Of a stretch of 64,000 nucleotides of DNA, positions 39,736-49,960 are shown one piece after another (position 1 is the stretch's first letter; every line of letters starts with the position of its first letter). The position numbers and the translations under genes were made by a program. Source of the DNA: Polyangiaceae bacterium. Its GTDB lineage: Bacteria > Myxococcota_A > Polyangia > Polyangiales > Polyangiaceae. The stretch spans positions 128,001-192,000 of the forward strand of contig JAPSGB010000008.1 in the NCBI GenBank assembly GCA_035063585.1, given 5' to 3'. The notes under the pieces were generated by a model that made no database searches, was not told the origin of the DNA, and was given only the letters and a program-made list of their open reading frames with translations.

Positions 39736-42700
39736 GGATGCGTCGCTCCACCACGATGTTCATGAGTCGCTTCATCGTCAGCGCCGCCGGCCTCGCCGTG
39801 CTGACCACCCCCGTCACGGCCTTCTCTCAGCCGGCCGCACCTGCGGCGAGTGCCGCACCGGCCGCCACCGCGCCGACCGCGTCGGCGAGCGCCGCGCCGG
39901 CCGCCACCGCGCCGACCGCGTCGGCGACCGCCGCGCCGCCGACTACCGCCACTGCGGGCTTGCGCACCGCGGCCCCGCCGCCACCCGCGCCGACACCCGA
40001 GCAGCGTCGCGCGCTCGCGATCCTGCAAGAGGACGCCCAGGAGTACGAGCGCGGCGCGAGGGACTTCCGCGACACCCTGACCCTCATCGTCCGTCATCAT
40101 TACGAGGAGAAGCGACGGCGCGTCCTCGGTAACCTCGATCAGCAGATCCAGGAGGAGCAGAAGGCGCTGGTCGCAGCGCGTGACGAGGCCATCCAGCGTC
40201 TCGAGAAGTTCGTCGCGCTCTATAGCGGAGCGAACGCCGACCCCAAGGCGACCCCCGACGCCATGTTTCGGCTCGCGGCGCTCTACGAGGAGCGCGCACG
40301 CGCGAGCACGGACGCCGATTTGGCACCCGGACTGAAGCCGGCCATCGATCTCTACCTTCGCATCGTCCAAGAATTCCCGAGCTACGAGGAGATCGCCGCC
40401 GTCCACTACTACCTTGGTCACGCCTTCACGGACGCCGGCGAGCTCGACGAGGGCCAGCAGGCCTGGCGGGCGCTCGTGTGTGCGAACAAGTACCAGGTCA
40501 AGGTCGACCCCGCGGACACCGGCAAGATCGTCGTGCAGCCGCTCGATCAGGACCACGACGAGAAGTTCTGGACCGAGTGGTATAACCAGCATCCGCTGCC
40601 GCTCGATCAGGCCGCGAAGGGCCGACCCGCCGCCGGTGCGAAGGCTGCGCCGAAGGACGAGGAGCTCGCCTTCCGTGATCCGTACCCGGGGGAGTGTAAG
40701 GCGATCGCTCAAGCGACCGAGCCTGGCGCCGAGCCACGGTATCTTGGAGAGGTCTGGTGGAAGTTGGGAGATTTCCACTTCGACCAGATCGATCCGCGGG
40801 GAGGCCCTTACAACCTGAATCGGGCCATCAGCGCGTACCGCCACTCGATGGAGTACAAGAAGCCGCCGCTCTACGGCGTGGCGATGTACAAGCTCGCGTG
40901 GAGCTACTACAAGCAGCAGCGCTATCACGCCGCGGTCGACGAGTTCGTGAAGCTCCTCTTCTACACCGACGACCAAGAAGAGAAGACCGGCGATCCGGGG
41001 GCTGATTTCCGGAGCGAGGCCTACACGTATATCGCCGGATCGCTCACCTACGTCGATTTCGACGGCCCGCCCGACGGCGACCCGTACATCGCTCGCAATG
41101 ACGTCCTCGACACCGAGACGAATCCGGTCGTCGCGGAGCAGAAGATGGCGATCGCGATCGAGCGCGTCCAAGATCCGAAGCTCATCCCGCAAGATCGGAA
41201 GTGGACGGTCGAGATCTACAAGGCGCTCGCCCACGAGTTCATCGACATCACGCAGAACCGGAACGCCATCGCGACGCTCGAGCTCACGCTCCGGAAGTTC
41301 CCGCTCGATCGCGACGCCCCGGTCATGCAAAATAAGGTGGCCGAGCTCTACGATCAGCTCGCGCGGCTGGCCCCGGACGGCTCGGCCGCCAAGGCCGAGT
41401 ACACGCAGAAGGCGCTCGAGGCCCGCACGCGGCTCGCCGAGTACGTGGGCGTCGGCAAGCCGTGGGTCGAGGCCAACAAGGACGACGCCGAGGCGCTGAA
41501 TCAGGCCGAGTTGCTCGTGAAGAACGGGCTCAAGCGGGCCGCCGCCGATCACACCAACGAGGCGCGCGCGCTCTATCAGAAGGCGCTTGGGCTCAGCGAC
41601 GCCGGCGAGCAGAAGGCCCTCATCGAGAAGGCGATCAGCGAATATCGCTTCGCCGAGTCGGGCTGGCGCGCCTACTACGAGCAGGACCCAAACGCGACCG
41701 ACGCCTACGAGAGCAAGTGGTGGATGGCCGACGCCCGCTATTGGGTGGTCGTGTTGCAGATCGCCATCGGCACCTCGCCGGCGCCCGACGAGATCGTCGG
41801 CGCGCGCCGGGCGCTCGCCGACGTCCGCGACTCGAACGAGGACGACAAGTACCTGCAGCCGGCTGCTTATGACCTCGTCACGATCGCGGAGCGGCTCCTC
41901 CAGGACGAGTATCGGAAGTATCAGGACTCGAACGGCGCGCAGGGGATCGAGAAGCGGGACGAGGTCCACTTCTCGGGTGAAGGGGACACGAGGAAGGTCG
42001 TCGTCGATCCGGTGCCCGCGGCCGTAGCCGAGACGATCAAGGCGCGCGACGAGTATAACGCTCGGATCCCCTTGGATCGGGATCCCGAGAAGAACGGCCC
42101 GCTCTATCAGTTCCAGGCCGGTGACTACTTCTTCGTGTACGGTCACTTCGACGACGCGCGGAAGCGATTCCAGCCGCTCTACGATCAGTTCTGCGGGAAG
42201 AACGAGTGGGGCTACAAGTCCTGGGAGAAGCTGGTCAGCATGGCGGCGCTCGAGAGCAACGCGGCCGAGAGCCGCAAGCTCGCCGAAGGCAAGAGCTGCG
42301 CTTACGACGAGGAGTCGAAGGTCGCCGAGGACAAGCTGAGAAAGCCGGTCCTGCAGGGGGCAGCCTATCTCGACGCGCGCCGGCTCTACGAAGAGGCCGA
42401 GAAGATGCCGGACGGCCCCGAGCGCGCGAAGAAGTGGCGTCAGGCGGCGGCGGCTTACAAGGTCGCTCTCGACGCCGCTCCGGATCGCGACGAGGCGCCC
42501 GAAGCCGCGATGAACGGCGCGTACGCCTACAAACAGGTCGGCGAGTACGACAAGGCCATCGCGATGTACGAGCTCTTCATCGCCAAGTACGGCGACGACA
42601 AGACGCTCGCGCGGCTGAAGAACGGAGATCCTGGCGCCAAGCCCCCGGTGGCGCCGGACCCGAAGAAGTACGAGGAGCGCACTCAGTTCCTGAAGGGCGC

Positions 42701-43913
42701 CTACGACGCGCTCGCCGGAGCCTACGTGCTCTTCTTCAACTACCCGAAGGCCGCCGAGACCTTCGACACCATCAGCCAGAAGGAGGCGTTCGCGCAGCAG
42801 GCCCGGCGCGAGGCCGCCAAGCAAGCGCTCTCCCTCTACGCGAGCATCGGCGACACCACCGGCATGACCCGGGCGCGGAACCGCTTCGCTCAGCTCGGCG
42901 CGTCGCCGAAGGAGCTCGCGGAGGCGGATTTCATCGTCGCCTCCGCGCCGCTCAAGCAGTGGGACGAGTTCAGCCCCGACGAGGGCGCCAACGCCGGGGC
43001 GCGCCGCAAGGCGCAGGCGGCGATGGAAGGCTACTACGACGCCAACAAGAGCCGCGACGCTGCCGCCCAGTACGTGGTGCAGGCTGCCTACGCGGTGGCC
43101 AAGATGAAGCGCTCCGCGAACGCCGGCGACACGGACAAGTGGTGGCAGAGCACCATCGACGCCTTCGGCAAGTGGAAGCGACTCGCTCCCGTGAAGGATG
43201 GCAAGAGCTCGGCGCTCGGGTCGCGCGAGGCGTCGATGGCCGCCGAAGGCGACTTCCGGATGCTGGACGCGCAGATCTCGAAGGGCTTCGACTACGATAC
43301 CGGCCACCACCACTACAAGGGAACGGTGGTGGAGGTGGTCAAGAAGTACCAGGGCGACGCCGTCGACGCGAAGAAGTGGTACGACAAGCTCCAGCACATC
43401 ATCGACGAGTACGTCTCCCCCGAATGGACGACCGCGGCGGTGGCGCGACAGGGTTCCCTCTACGACTCGCTCCGGACTGGCCTCTACAACACGCGGCCGC
43501 CCGAGCTCCAGATGTTCGACAAGAAGACCGAGAAGCTGCTCGAACAAGCGGAGAACAGCGACAACCCGGAGCTCCAGGAGAAGGCGGACGCGGTGCGCGT
43601 CAAGGTTCAAGAGGCGTGGCGCGCCAAGCGCGATCAGGAGCTCGACAGCGCCGATCGCGTCATGATCGATCGCTACGCGACGGCGATCGTGCTCGCGCGG
43701 CGATACAACGTCACCAACGGAGAGGTCACGCGGGCCATTCGGCGGCTCGCGTTCATGACCGAAGTGATCGGTGAGGCGAAGCTCGCGCAGTACGCGAGCG
43801 GGGTAAAGGATCTCGGCTACACGCCCGGGATGTTCACCAAGATGCGCCCCGGGATGGTCACCGCGCCCAAGCCGGAACCCATGCCGGACCCACTCCCGGT
43901 GCTGGCGCAATGA
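39732..43913 (+). CDS. Large periplasmic TPR protein, GltD/AgmU/NfsD-like
   Basis: Signal peptide; TPDAMFRLAALYEE, EVWWKLGDFHF, AMYKLAWSYYK, DFRSEAYTYIA are characteristic of this family. Confidence 0.78.
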   Translation: MRMRRSTTMFMSRFIVSAAGLAVLTTPVTAFSQPAAPAASAAPAATAPTASASAAPAATAPTASATAAPPTTATAGLRTAAPPPPAPTPEQRRALAILQEDAQEYERGARDFRDTLTLIVRHHYEEKRRRVLGNLDQQIQEEQKALVAARDEAIQRLEKFVALYSGANADPKATPDAMFRLAALYEERARASTDADLAPGLKPAIDLYLRIVQEFPSYEEIAAVHYYLGHAFTDAGELDEGQQAWRALVCANKYQVKVDPADTGKIVVQPLDQDHDEKFWTEWYNQHPLPLDQAAKGRPAAGAKAAPKDEELAFRDPYPGECKAIAQATEPGAEPRYLGEVWWKLGDFHFDQIDPRGGPYNLNRAISAYRHSMEYKKPPLYGVAMYKLAWSYYKQQRYHAAVDEFVKLLFYTDDQEEKTGDPGADFRSEAYTYIAGSLTYVDFDGPPDGDPYIARNDVLDTETNPVVAEQKMAIAIERVQDPKLIPQDRKWTVEIYKALAHEFIDITQNRNAIATLELTLRKFPLDRDAPVMQNKVAELYDQLARLAPDGSAAKAEYTQKALEARTRLAEYVGVGKPWVEANKDDAEALNQAELLVKNGLKRAAADHTNEARALYQKALGLSDAGEQKALIEKAISEYRFAESGWRAYYEQDPNATDAYESKWWMADARYWVVVLQIAIGTSPAPDEIVGARRALADVRDSNEDDKYLQPAAYDLVTIAERLLQDEYRKYQDSNGAQGIEKRDEVHFSGEGDTRKVVVDPVPAAVAETIKARDEYNARIPLDRDPEKNGPLYQFQAGDYFFVYGHFDDARKRFQPLYDQFCGKNEWGYKSWEKLVSMAALESNAAESRKLAEGKSCAYDEESKVAEDKLRKPVLQGAAYLDARRLYEEAEKMPDGPERAKKWRQAAAAYKVALDAAPDRDEAPEAAMNGAYAYKQVGEYDKAIAMYELFIAKYGDDKTLARLKNGDPGAKPPVAPDPKKYEERTQFLKGAYDALAGAYVLFFNYPKAAETFDTISQKEAFAQQARREAAKQALSLYASIGDTTGMTRARNRFAQLGASPKELAEADFIVASAPLKQWDEFSPDEGANAGARRKAQAAMEGYYDANKSRDAAAQYVVQAAYAVAKMKRSANAGDTDKWWQSTIDAFGKWKRLAPVKDGKSSALGSREASMAAEGDFRMLDAQISKGFDYDTGHHHYKGTVVEVVKKYQGDAVDAKKWYDKLQHIIDEYVSPEWTTAAVARQGSLYDSLRTGLYNTRPPELQMFDKKTEKLLEQAENSDNPELQEKADAVRVKVQEAWRAKRDQELDSADRVMIDRYATAIVLARRYNVTNGEVTRAIRRLAFMTEVIGEAKLAQYASGVKDLGYTPGMFTKMRPGMVTAPKPEPMPDPLPVLAQ

Positions 43914-43921
43914 GGTGCAGC

Positions 43922-45328
43922 ATGACCCACGCTCGATACACGCGGGTAGGTCTGGCAGGGCTCGGGCTCATCGTGAGCCTGTCGCTCGTCGCTTGCGGCG
44001 GTAGCGCGCCGGCCGCTCAGGTCCCGGAAGGGACGACCGTGCAGCCGTCCACCACGCCGGGCGGGACGGGCCTCGCGACCAACGCGCAGGGCCAGCAGTT
44101 CGCGGTCACCGACGAGTCGACCAGCGGTGAGACCAGCAATCGGCCGAAGATGAACGCGTCCGCGCTACAGGCCTACAACGCGGGGCTCACGGCCTTTCAG
44201 GCAGGTGATCTCGCGGGCGCCAAGACCCAGTTCACCGCTGCCACGCAGGCTGACGCGAACGCGTATCAAGCGTATTATTCGCGAGGCGTCGTCGAGCAGC
44301 GCCTCGGCGATCGGAGCGGCGCGCTCGCCGATTATCGGAAGGCCATCTCGATCGTCGCTGACTACGAGCCAGCGATCACCGCGTACGGGCTCCTGCTCGC
44401 CGCCAGCGGCAAGGTGTCGGAGGCCGACAGCTTCCTCACGGAGTATCAGGGGAAGCTCCCGAAGAGCGCGGCCGTCACCGGTGCGCTCGCCGAGGTGAAA
44501 TCGCTCCAGGGCAACTCGGCGGATGCCCAGCGGCTCGCGCAGGAAGCGCTCAAGAAGAACCCCGATTATCGCCCGGCCATGGTGACCATGGCTCGCGACT
44601 TCTATCGCACGGGGAAATACGATCTGGCGCTCTACACGCTTCAGGGGATCTTGGACGGCTTCGGTCCAGAGAACCCGGCGCGAGACAAGGACAACGCGAG
44701 CGCGCACCTCCTCCGCGGCCTCATCTACAAGAGACAGAGCCAGCGTAAGGCCGCCATCGACGCCTTCAACGCGGCTCTCGCGCTCCGGCCCGATCTCGTG
44801 GAAGCGCGCTTGCAGCTCGCGACCTACTTGCTCGAGTCGGGCAACGCCGCTGAGGCCGCGCAGCTCCTCGAGGGTGCGCTCCGTTACGACAAGGACAACC
44901 TCCTCGCCCACCTGAACCTCGGCGATGCCTATCGGCTCCTCGGAAAGACGGCCGAGGCCATCAAGGAGCTCGAGGGTGTGCTCGCGAAGGATCCCACGAT
45001 AGCTCAGGCGCACTATGACCTCGGGCTCATCTATCTCTTCAGTGAGAAGGTGCCGGGCCTCTCGCCGGTGCAAGCAATCGACAAGGCCATTGTGGAGCTC
45101 TCGACCTACCAGAAGATGAAGCCGCGCTCCGGCGCGGGGACCGCGCCCGACGACACCGACGAGCTCCTCACGCGAGCCAAGTCGAAGAAGGCGGTCATCG
45201 AAGCTACCGCTGCGGAGCAGGCTGCTGCCAAGCCGGCACCCGCGGCGAGCAGCGCCGCGCCCGCGGCGAGCAGCGCCGCGCCCGCGGCGAGCGGCGCCGC
45301 GCCGCCGCCGCTCAAGGGAGGTCAGTGA
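43922..45328 (+). CDS. TPR lipoprotein, GltE/AglT-like (alternative start 43910)
   Basis: Lipobox LVAC; many canonical TPRs (AHLNLGDAYRLLG, AHYDLGLIY); position in the cluster. Confidence 0.78.
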   Translation: MTHARYTRVGLAGLGLIVSLSLVACGGSAPAAQVPEGTTVQPSTTPGGTGLATNAQGQQFAVTDESTSGETSNRPKMNASALQAYNAGLTAFQAGDLAGAKTQFTAATQADANAYQAYYSRGVVEQRLGDRSGALADYRKAISIVADYEPAITAYGLLLAASGKVSEADSFLTEYQGKLPKSAAVTGALAEVKSLQGNSADAQRLAQEALKKNPDYRPAMVTMARDFYRTGKYDLALYTLQGILDGFGPENPARDKDNASAHLLRGLIYKRQSQRKAAIDAFNAALALRPDLVEARLQLATYLLESGNAAEAAQLLEGALRYDKDNLLAHLNLGDAYRLLGKTAEAIKELEGVLAKDPTIAQAHYDLGLIYLFSEKVPGLSPVQAIDKAIVELSTYQKMKPRSGAGTAPDDTDELLTRAKSKKAVIEATAAEQAAAKPAPAASSAAPAASSAAPAASGAAPPPLKGGQ

Positions 45329-45567
45329 TGCGATACTTCGGAATGCTCTCGGTCACAGCGATGGCCGTCCTGCTCGTGAGCTCGACCGCGCTCGCGCAAA
45401 AGAAGCCGCGCGTCGTCACCATCAGCGAGGTCACCATCGTGGGTAGGGTCCAGAAGCCCATCGCGGCCGTCGACGTCGCGCGCATTCAGCCGAAGCTCAC
45501 GCTCGCCGAGCTGAAGCAACCCTTCCTCGAGCGGATCGAGAAGGCGCTCTACAGCGATCCCTTCTGA
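45328..45567 (+). CDS. Small secreted protein, GltF/CglF-like
   Basis: RBS GGGAGG; signal peptide; VTIVGRVQKP...ELKQPFLERI...PF motif resembles GltF; position between gltE-like and gltG-like genes. Confidence 0.72.
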   Translation: MRYFGMLSVTAMAVLLVSSTALAQKKPRVVTISEVTIVGRVQKPIAAVDVARIQPKLTLAELKQPFLERIEKALYSDPF

Positions 45568-45584
45568 TCGCTCCGAGTCGGCGC

Positions 45585-46127
45585 TTGCTGTACGCGTTGG
45601 CCGCCTGGCTGCTTGCGGCGGTGAGCTGGGGTGTCGGTGCGGCGCGATACCGCCGCGTGTCGAGCGACGACGGGGCCGCGGCGCTCGCCGCCGCGCTCCG
45701 CGGCGCGGGCGGACGCGCCGCGCGCGCGCTCGTCGAGCGTGAGCCGCGGACCCGAGCCACGGCGCTGCTTCGCGAGGTGCTCGACGCGAAGAGCCACGCG
45801 CACGCGGTCGCCGCCATCAACGAGCACCTCGCGGACGTCGCCTGGGAGCTCGAGGGCGCCGGCGTGCTCCCCCGCGCGGCCGCGCGAGTCGCGCTCGCCG
45901 GGGCGACGGGCGCGGCGGTCGCGCGGATCGCGACCGGGCTCGGCACCGACGGTCCCTGGCTCGGCTGGGCGGCCGCCGCGTTCGGAGGGGGGTTGGTGGC
46001 CGCGATGGGGTCCCTGGGCCTGGCGCGCCGGGCCGAGCGCGTCGCGCGTGAGCGGCGAGACGCTTGGAATCGGGTGGCTAGCGCGCTCGGGCGGCTCGGC
46101 GCGGAGTCGCCCGAGCGCGCTTCGTGA
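45585..46127 (+). CDS. Three-TM membrane protein resembling a degenerate MotA/TolQ/ExbB
   Basis: N-terminal TM, helical cytoplasmic loop ending ...ELE, TM hairpin with GLVAA, basic tail. Conserved P/T/E residues not seen. TTG start. Confidence 0.45.
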   Translation: MLYALAAWLLAAVSWGVGAARYRRVSSDDGAAALAAALRGAGGRAARALVEREPRTRATALLREVLDAKSHAHAVAAINEHLADVAWELEGAGVLPRAAARVALAGATGAAVARIATGLGTDGPWLGWAAAAFGGGLVAAMGSLGLARRAERVARERRDAWNRVASALGRLGAESPERAS

Positions 46128-46205
46128 CCCGGGCTGCGAGTCGGGCGCGCCTACGGGAGCCTGCTGGACGCGCGGCGGGCGTCCGGGTAGGCTGAGCGTG
46201 ACAGT

Positions 46206-46233
46206 GGAACTTCTCGGGGCTCCAGACGTCAGA
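46206..46233 (+). promoter_or_regulatory. ECF (RpoE-like) promoter upstream of the gltG-like gene
   Basis: GGAACTT (46206-46212), 16 nt, TCAGA (46229-46233), closely matching the RpoE consensus GGAACTT-N16-TCaaA. Confidence 0.6.
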
Positions 46234-46282
46234 CTCGGAGCACACCCGTCAATCGTCGCCTTCTTGGGGTGAGGATACCTCG

Positions 46283-47701
46283 ATGATGCAGCCTCCCATT
46301 CAGCCGCAAGGTTCCGGAGCCGCCCGCCCCGGACAGATGACTGCCGTGATGCGCGCCGTGGCGGCGACGGGGCCGAAGGTGCTCCGAATCGGCGTCGTCC
46401 AGGCCGGTCGCGTCGTCGAAGAGCGGATCATCAAGCAACGCGGTCACGTGACCGTGGGGCCCAGTGAGAAGAACCTGTTCGTGGTGGCTACCGCGAAGCT
46501 GCCGGCAAATTTCCGGTTGTTCGAGCTGGTCGCCAATGACTACTGCCTGAATTTCCTGGAGGGCATGACGGGCCGCGTCGCGCTGCCGACCGGTGTCTCG
46601 GACCTCGCGGTGCTGAGGGGGCAAGCCCGACGGACGCCGCAAGGCACCTATCAGATCCGTCTGACCGAGGACTCGCGCGGAAAGGTCGTAGTCGGGGACA
46701 CCACGTTCCTCTTCCAGTTCGTCGCGCCGCCTCCGGTGCAGCCGAAACCGCAGCTCCCGGTCTCGGTCACGCGCGGCTCGACCAGCATCGACTGGACGAC
46801 CACGATGATCGCGGCGTTCTCGTTTCTGCTTCATTTCCTCTTGGTCGGCGCGGTCTACTCGGATTGGCTCGACCCTATCGTCGATGACGAGGTCAACCTG
46901 GCGAGCCTCATCGAAACGGTTCAGTCCCTCCCGCCACCGCCGCCCATCGAGCAGCAAAAGGTCGAGGAGGTCTCGGACCAAGGGGCGGAGAAGGCGGCCA
47001 AGCCCGAGAAGGCCGCTGGCAGCGCAAACAAGCAGGCCGGCCCCGCTGGCGCAGCGGGCGGGAAGATGTCGAACGCTCAGGCGGCGGCGCTGAGCGGCAA
47101 GCTCGACCAACTCGAGATGGCCACGCTCGGGGCGCTCGCGAGTGAGGGCCCGGCCACCGCCGGGGTCCTGCGAAATAGCGAGGTGGCAACCGGCGCGCTC
47201 GACCAGGCGGCGGCGAGCGGGGTCGGCGTCGGCGCGGGCACCGGGGATCTTCGTCTCGGTTCGAGCGGCGGGGCGGTGCGCCCGGGCGCGTCCGGCGGCG
47301 GCCTCTCGGGGATCGGCACGACCGGCAAGACCGGCGGAACCGAGGGCACCGGCACGGTGGCGAAGGTGCAAGGGCCGAAGGGCAACGCGTCGGTCGGCGG
47401 CGCTGCCGTGAGCGGCGGCACGGTGAGTAACGCGAGCCGCGTGGTCGCCGGGATGCGGGCTGGGTTCCGGAGCTGCTATAACCAAGGGCTCGCCCAGAAC
47501 CCGGACGCGCAAGGGAGCATCCGCCTCACGATCCGCGTGGGTCCCGGCGGCGAGGTGCAAGGGGTCAGCGCGTCGGCGAGCGGCAATCTCCCGCCGTCGG
47601 TGGTCGGCTGTGTCCAGTCGCGCGCGAGCGCGGCGCAGTTCGCGCCGCCCGAGGGCGGCGCCGCGGTGGTCGTGGTGCCGGTCACCTTCGTGAAGCAGTA
47701 A
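46283..47701 (+). CDS. GltG/PglI-like inner-membrane protein with TonB-C-like C-terminal domain
   Basis: N-terminal KVLRIGVVQAGRVVEERI domain; TM SFLLHFLLV; Gly-rich linker; FRSCYNQGLAQNP...G...CV...F.PP....V.VPVTF C-terminus. Confidence 0.85.
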   Translation: MMQPPIQPQGSGAARPGQMTAVMRAVAATGPKVLRIGVVQAGRVVEERIIKQRGHVTVGPSEKNLFVVATAKLPANFRLFELVANDYCLNFLEGMTGRVALPTGVSDLAVLRGQARRTPQGTYQIRLTEDSRGKVVVGDTTFLFQFVAPPPVQPKPQLPVSVTRGSTSIDWTTTMIAAFSFLLHFLLVGAVYSDWLDPIVDDEVNLASLIETVQSLPPPPPIEQQKVEEVSDQGAEKAAKPEKAAGSANKQAGPAGAAGGKMSNAQAAALSGKLDQLEMATLGALASEGPATAGVLRNSEVATGALDQAAASGVGVGAGTGDLRLGSSGGAVRPGASGGGLSGIGTTGKTGGTEGTGTVAKVQGPKGNASVGGAAVSGGTVSNASRVVAGMRAGFRSCYNQGLAQNPDAQGSIRLTIRVGPGGEVQGVSASASGNLPPSVVGCVQSRASAAQFAPPEGGAAVVVVPVTFVKQ

Positions 47702-47806
47702 CCCGGAGAATGAACGGGGCGCGAGCTCGGGGCACCGGACGAAGCGATGGGGAAAGAGTGTTGTAATCTGCCGAAATCATTGAGCTTCGATGGTGCAGAA
47801 CGCGCG

Positions 47807-47836
47807 TTGACAGTCGGCTTGACGCGTATCTATACT
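47807..47836 (+). promoter_or_regulatory. Sigma70-type promoter
   Basis: TTGACA-N18-TATACT, with RBS GGAGGGAGG before ATG 47872. Confidence 0.7.
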
Positions 47837-47871
47837 GGCTGCGTTCGGTTTTCGGAGGGAGGCTTGACTCG

Positions 47872-48444
47872 ATGCGCTTGACCAAGAATGCCTGGGCCGT
47901 GGCAGCGGCGTCCGTCGTGTTCGGGATCCTAGGGATCGCGACCGCGCAGACGTCGGCGACGCCGGCCGCCGTTCCCGAGGTGACGACGCAGCGGGATGTG
48001 AACCTGTCACCGGCGGAGATGCAGGCGAAGGTCGACACCTTCCTCCCGCAGATGGATCGGGGGGCGACCGCGGTTCGTCGCCAGCTCCAGGAGGCGCGCC
48101 AAGCGCGCGATGTCGTGAAGGTCCTCTGCTTGAATGACAAGCTGAACCAGCTCGATGTCGCCATCCGAACCGCTCGTGATCGCGCGTCCAGCCTACGCAA
48201 CGCGGTGGACCACAACGACGCGGATCGCGCGCGGCACGAGTTCACCATCCTCGAGGTGCTGAACGATCGGGCCCGCACGGTCGTCGCCGAAGCGAACCAG
48301 TGCATCGGCGAAGAGACCGGGTTCGTGGGCGAGTCTCGCGTGACCGTCAGCATCGATCCGAACATCCCGGACACCGATCCGTCGATTTTCCCCGACACCC
48401 CGATCGTCAGTCAGCCCCCCGTTCTCAGCAGCCCCACCCAGTAG
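47872..48444 (+). CDS. Secreted alpha-helical hypothetical protein with a Cys pair
   Basis: Signal peptide; LCLNDKL...EANQCIGE; strong RBS. Confidence 0.8.
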   Translation: MRLTKNAWAVAAASVVFGILGIATAQTSATPAAVPEVTTQRDVNLSPAEMQAKVDTFLPQMDRGATAVRRQLQEARQARDVVKVLCLNDKLNQLDVAIRTARDRASSLRNAVDHNDADRARHEFTILEVLNDRARTVVAEANQCIGEETGFVGESRVTVSIDPNIPDTDPSIFPDTPIVSQPPVLSSPTQ

Positions 48445-48509
48445 CGAGTCGGTGTCGTCGTCGATGACCGACTGTCCTACTTGGGGTGCCGAGTAGACTT
48501 ATTTCTCCC

Positions 48510-49877
48510 ATGAAGCTTCGCCTCATCATTCCCACCATGCTGACGCTCGGGAGCCTCTCGCTCTCGGCGTCGGCTCAGCAGCAGCCATGGCTTGCCGACC
48601 GCCGCTACGGCGAGGGTATCGGTATCCGCAGCGGAGCTCTCGAGTTCCACCCCGGGATCGCGGGTGAGGTCGGGTATGACTCCAACTACTTCCAGCGCGC
48701 AGGAGACGGCCAGACGAGCGAGCGGGTGATCCCCGCGCTCCGCTTCCGGCTTACCCCGTCCATCTCGCTGTCCACGTTGAGCGAGCAGCGCCGTGCGGCC
48801 GAGGGCCGAGGGGCGCCACCCAAGCTGAACTTCCGGGCGGGCGCGGCGCTGGGTTTGAACGCGCTGGTCGCGACCGACTCAGCGAACTCCGACGCGCTCG
48901 GCAAGCAGAGCCACATCGACGCGACGGGAAATTTCAGCCTCGATATCCTCCCTCAGGCCCCCTGGGGAGCGGATCTCTACGGGCAGTACCAGCGGATGGT
49001 GGAGGCGTCGAACTCGCCGGACACTGCCTCCGCCTGGGATCGCGACTTGGTCGTCCTTGGTGCCGGCGTGGTCTGGCGCCCGGGCGGCGGCCTCTTCGAC
49101 TGGCGGCTCGGCTACGAGCTCCAGTACAATTACTTCGAGCGCGAGGCGTACCAGAACCTCAACAACGCGCAGCACGCCGTGAAGACGCGCGGGCGCTGGC
49201 GATTCCTCCCACGCACCGCGTTCCTTTACGACGCGTCGCTCGGCTTCATCGGCTACTCGGGCGCGACGACTCAAGCGAATAGCCAGCCGGTGCGGGCGCG
49301 ACTCGGGCTCAACGGTCTCATCACCAACCATTTCGCGGTGCTCGCCATGGCGGGCTGGGGCGCGAGCTTCTACGAGACGTCGGCGCGGCCGACGAGCAAC
49401 TTCGACAGTCTCATCGCGCAGGGCGAGCTCAAGTGGTTCATCTTGCCGCAGCCGACGATGCCCTCGGATGGCGCTACCGTCGGGCTCTCCTCCATCGCCC
49501 TCGGCTATACCCGAGACTTCCAGAACAGCTACCTCGGGGACTACTACCAGCGAGATCGCGGCTACCTCGGCTTCTCGTATTTTCTCGGGGGCCAGGTGCT
49601 GCTCTCGTTGAACGGAGGCGTGGCGCGGGTCGGCTACCCGCCGAGCTATTTCGCGAACGGCACCGCGCGCTTCGGCGCGTTCGCCCAAACGCGCGTCGAC
49701 GGCACGCTCTTCGGCGAGTACCGCCTGAGCGACAGCATCGGGATCAACACGACGCTGAGCTACGACGCGGCGCTCGGCGATCGCTTGATTCCGACTCGCA
49801 CCGCGGCACCGCAGGCCTACGACAACCTGAAATTCTCGCGCTTCGAGGCGTATCTCGGCGTGCGCTGGTTCATGTGA
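48510..49877 (+). CDS. Outer-membrane beta-barrel, probable polysaccharide export porin (EpsX/ExoB/Wzp-like)
   Basis: Signal peptide; EVGYDSNYF first strand; many aromatic beta-strands; C-terminal YLGVRWFM; directly upstream of the OPX gene. Confidence 0.78.
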   Translation: MKLRLIIPTMLTLGSLSLSASAQQQPWLADRRYGEGIGIRSGALEFHPGIAGEVGYDSNYFQRAGDGQTSERVIPALRFRLTPSISLSTLSEQRRAAEGRGAPPKLNFRAGAALGLNALVATDSANSDALGKQSHIDATGNFSLDILPQAPWGADLYGQYQRMVEASNSPDTASAWDRDLVVLGAGVVWRPGGGLFDWRLGYELQYNYFEREAYQNLNNAQHAVKTRGRWRFLPRTAFLYDASLGFIGYSGATTQANSQPVRARLGLNGLITNHFAVLAMAGWGASFYETSARPTSNFDSLIAQGELKWFILPQPTMPSDGATVGLSSIALGYTRDFQNSYLGDYYQRDRGYLGFSYFLGGQVLLSLNGGVARVGYPPSYFANGTARFGAFAQTRVDGTLFGEYRLSDSIGINTTLSYDAALGDRLIPTRTAAPQAYDNLKFSRFEAYLGVRWFM

Positions 49878-49960
49878 TGCGAGTGGCTCGGCCCGTGTCG
49901 CGTGAGCGTCGCTGAATGATGTGGCGTTCGGGCGCCACGAACGACCCTGTCGTGGCTGAG

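Noticed and set aside
39678..43910. 1410-aa antisense ORF opposite the GltD-like gene (also 5629-8205, 20833-23166, 23950-25794, 29210-31474 and similar)
   Set aside because: Shadow ORFs expected from high-GC codon bias; no motifs, and they overlap well-supported genes.
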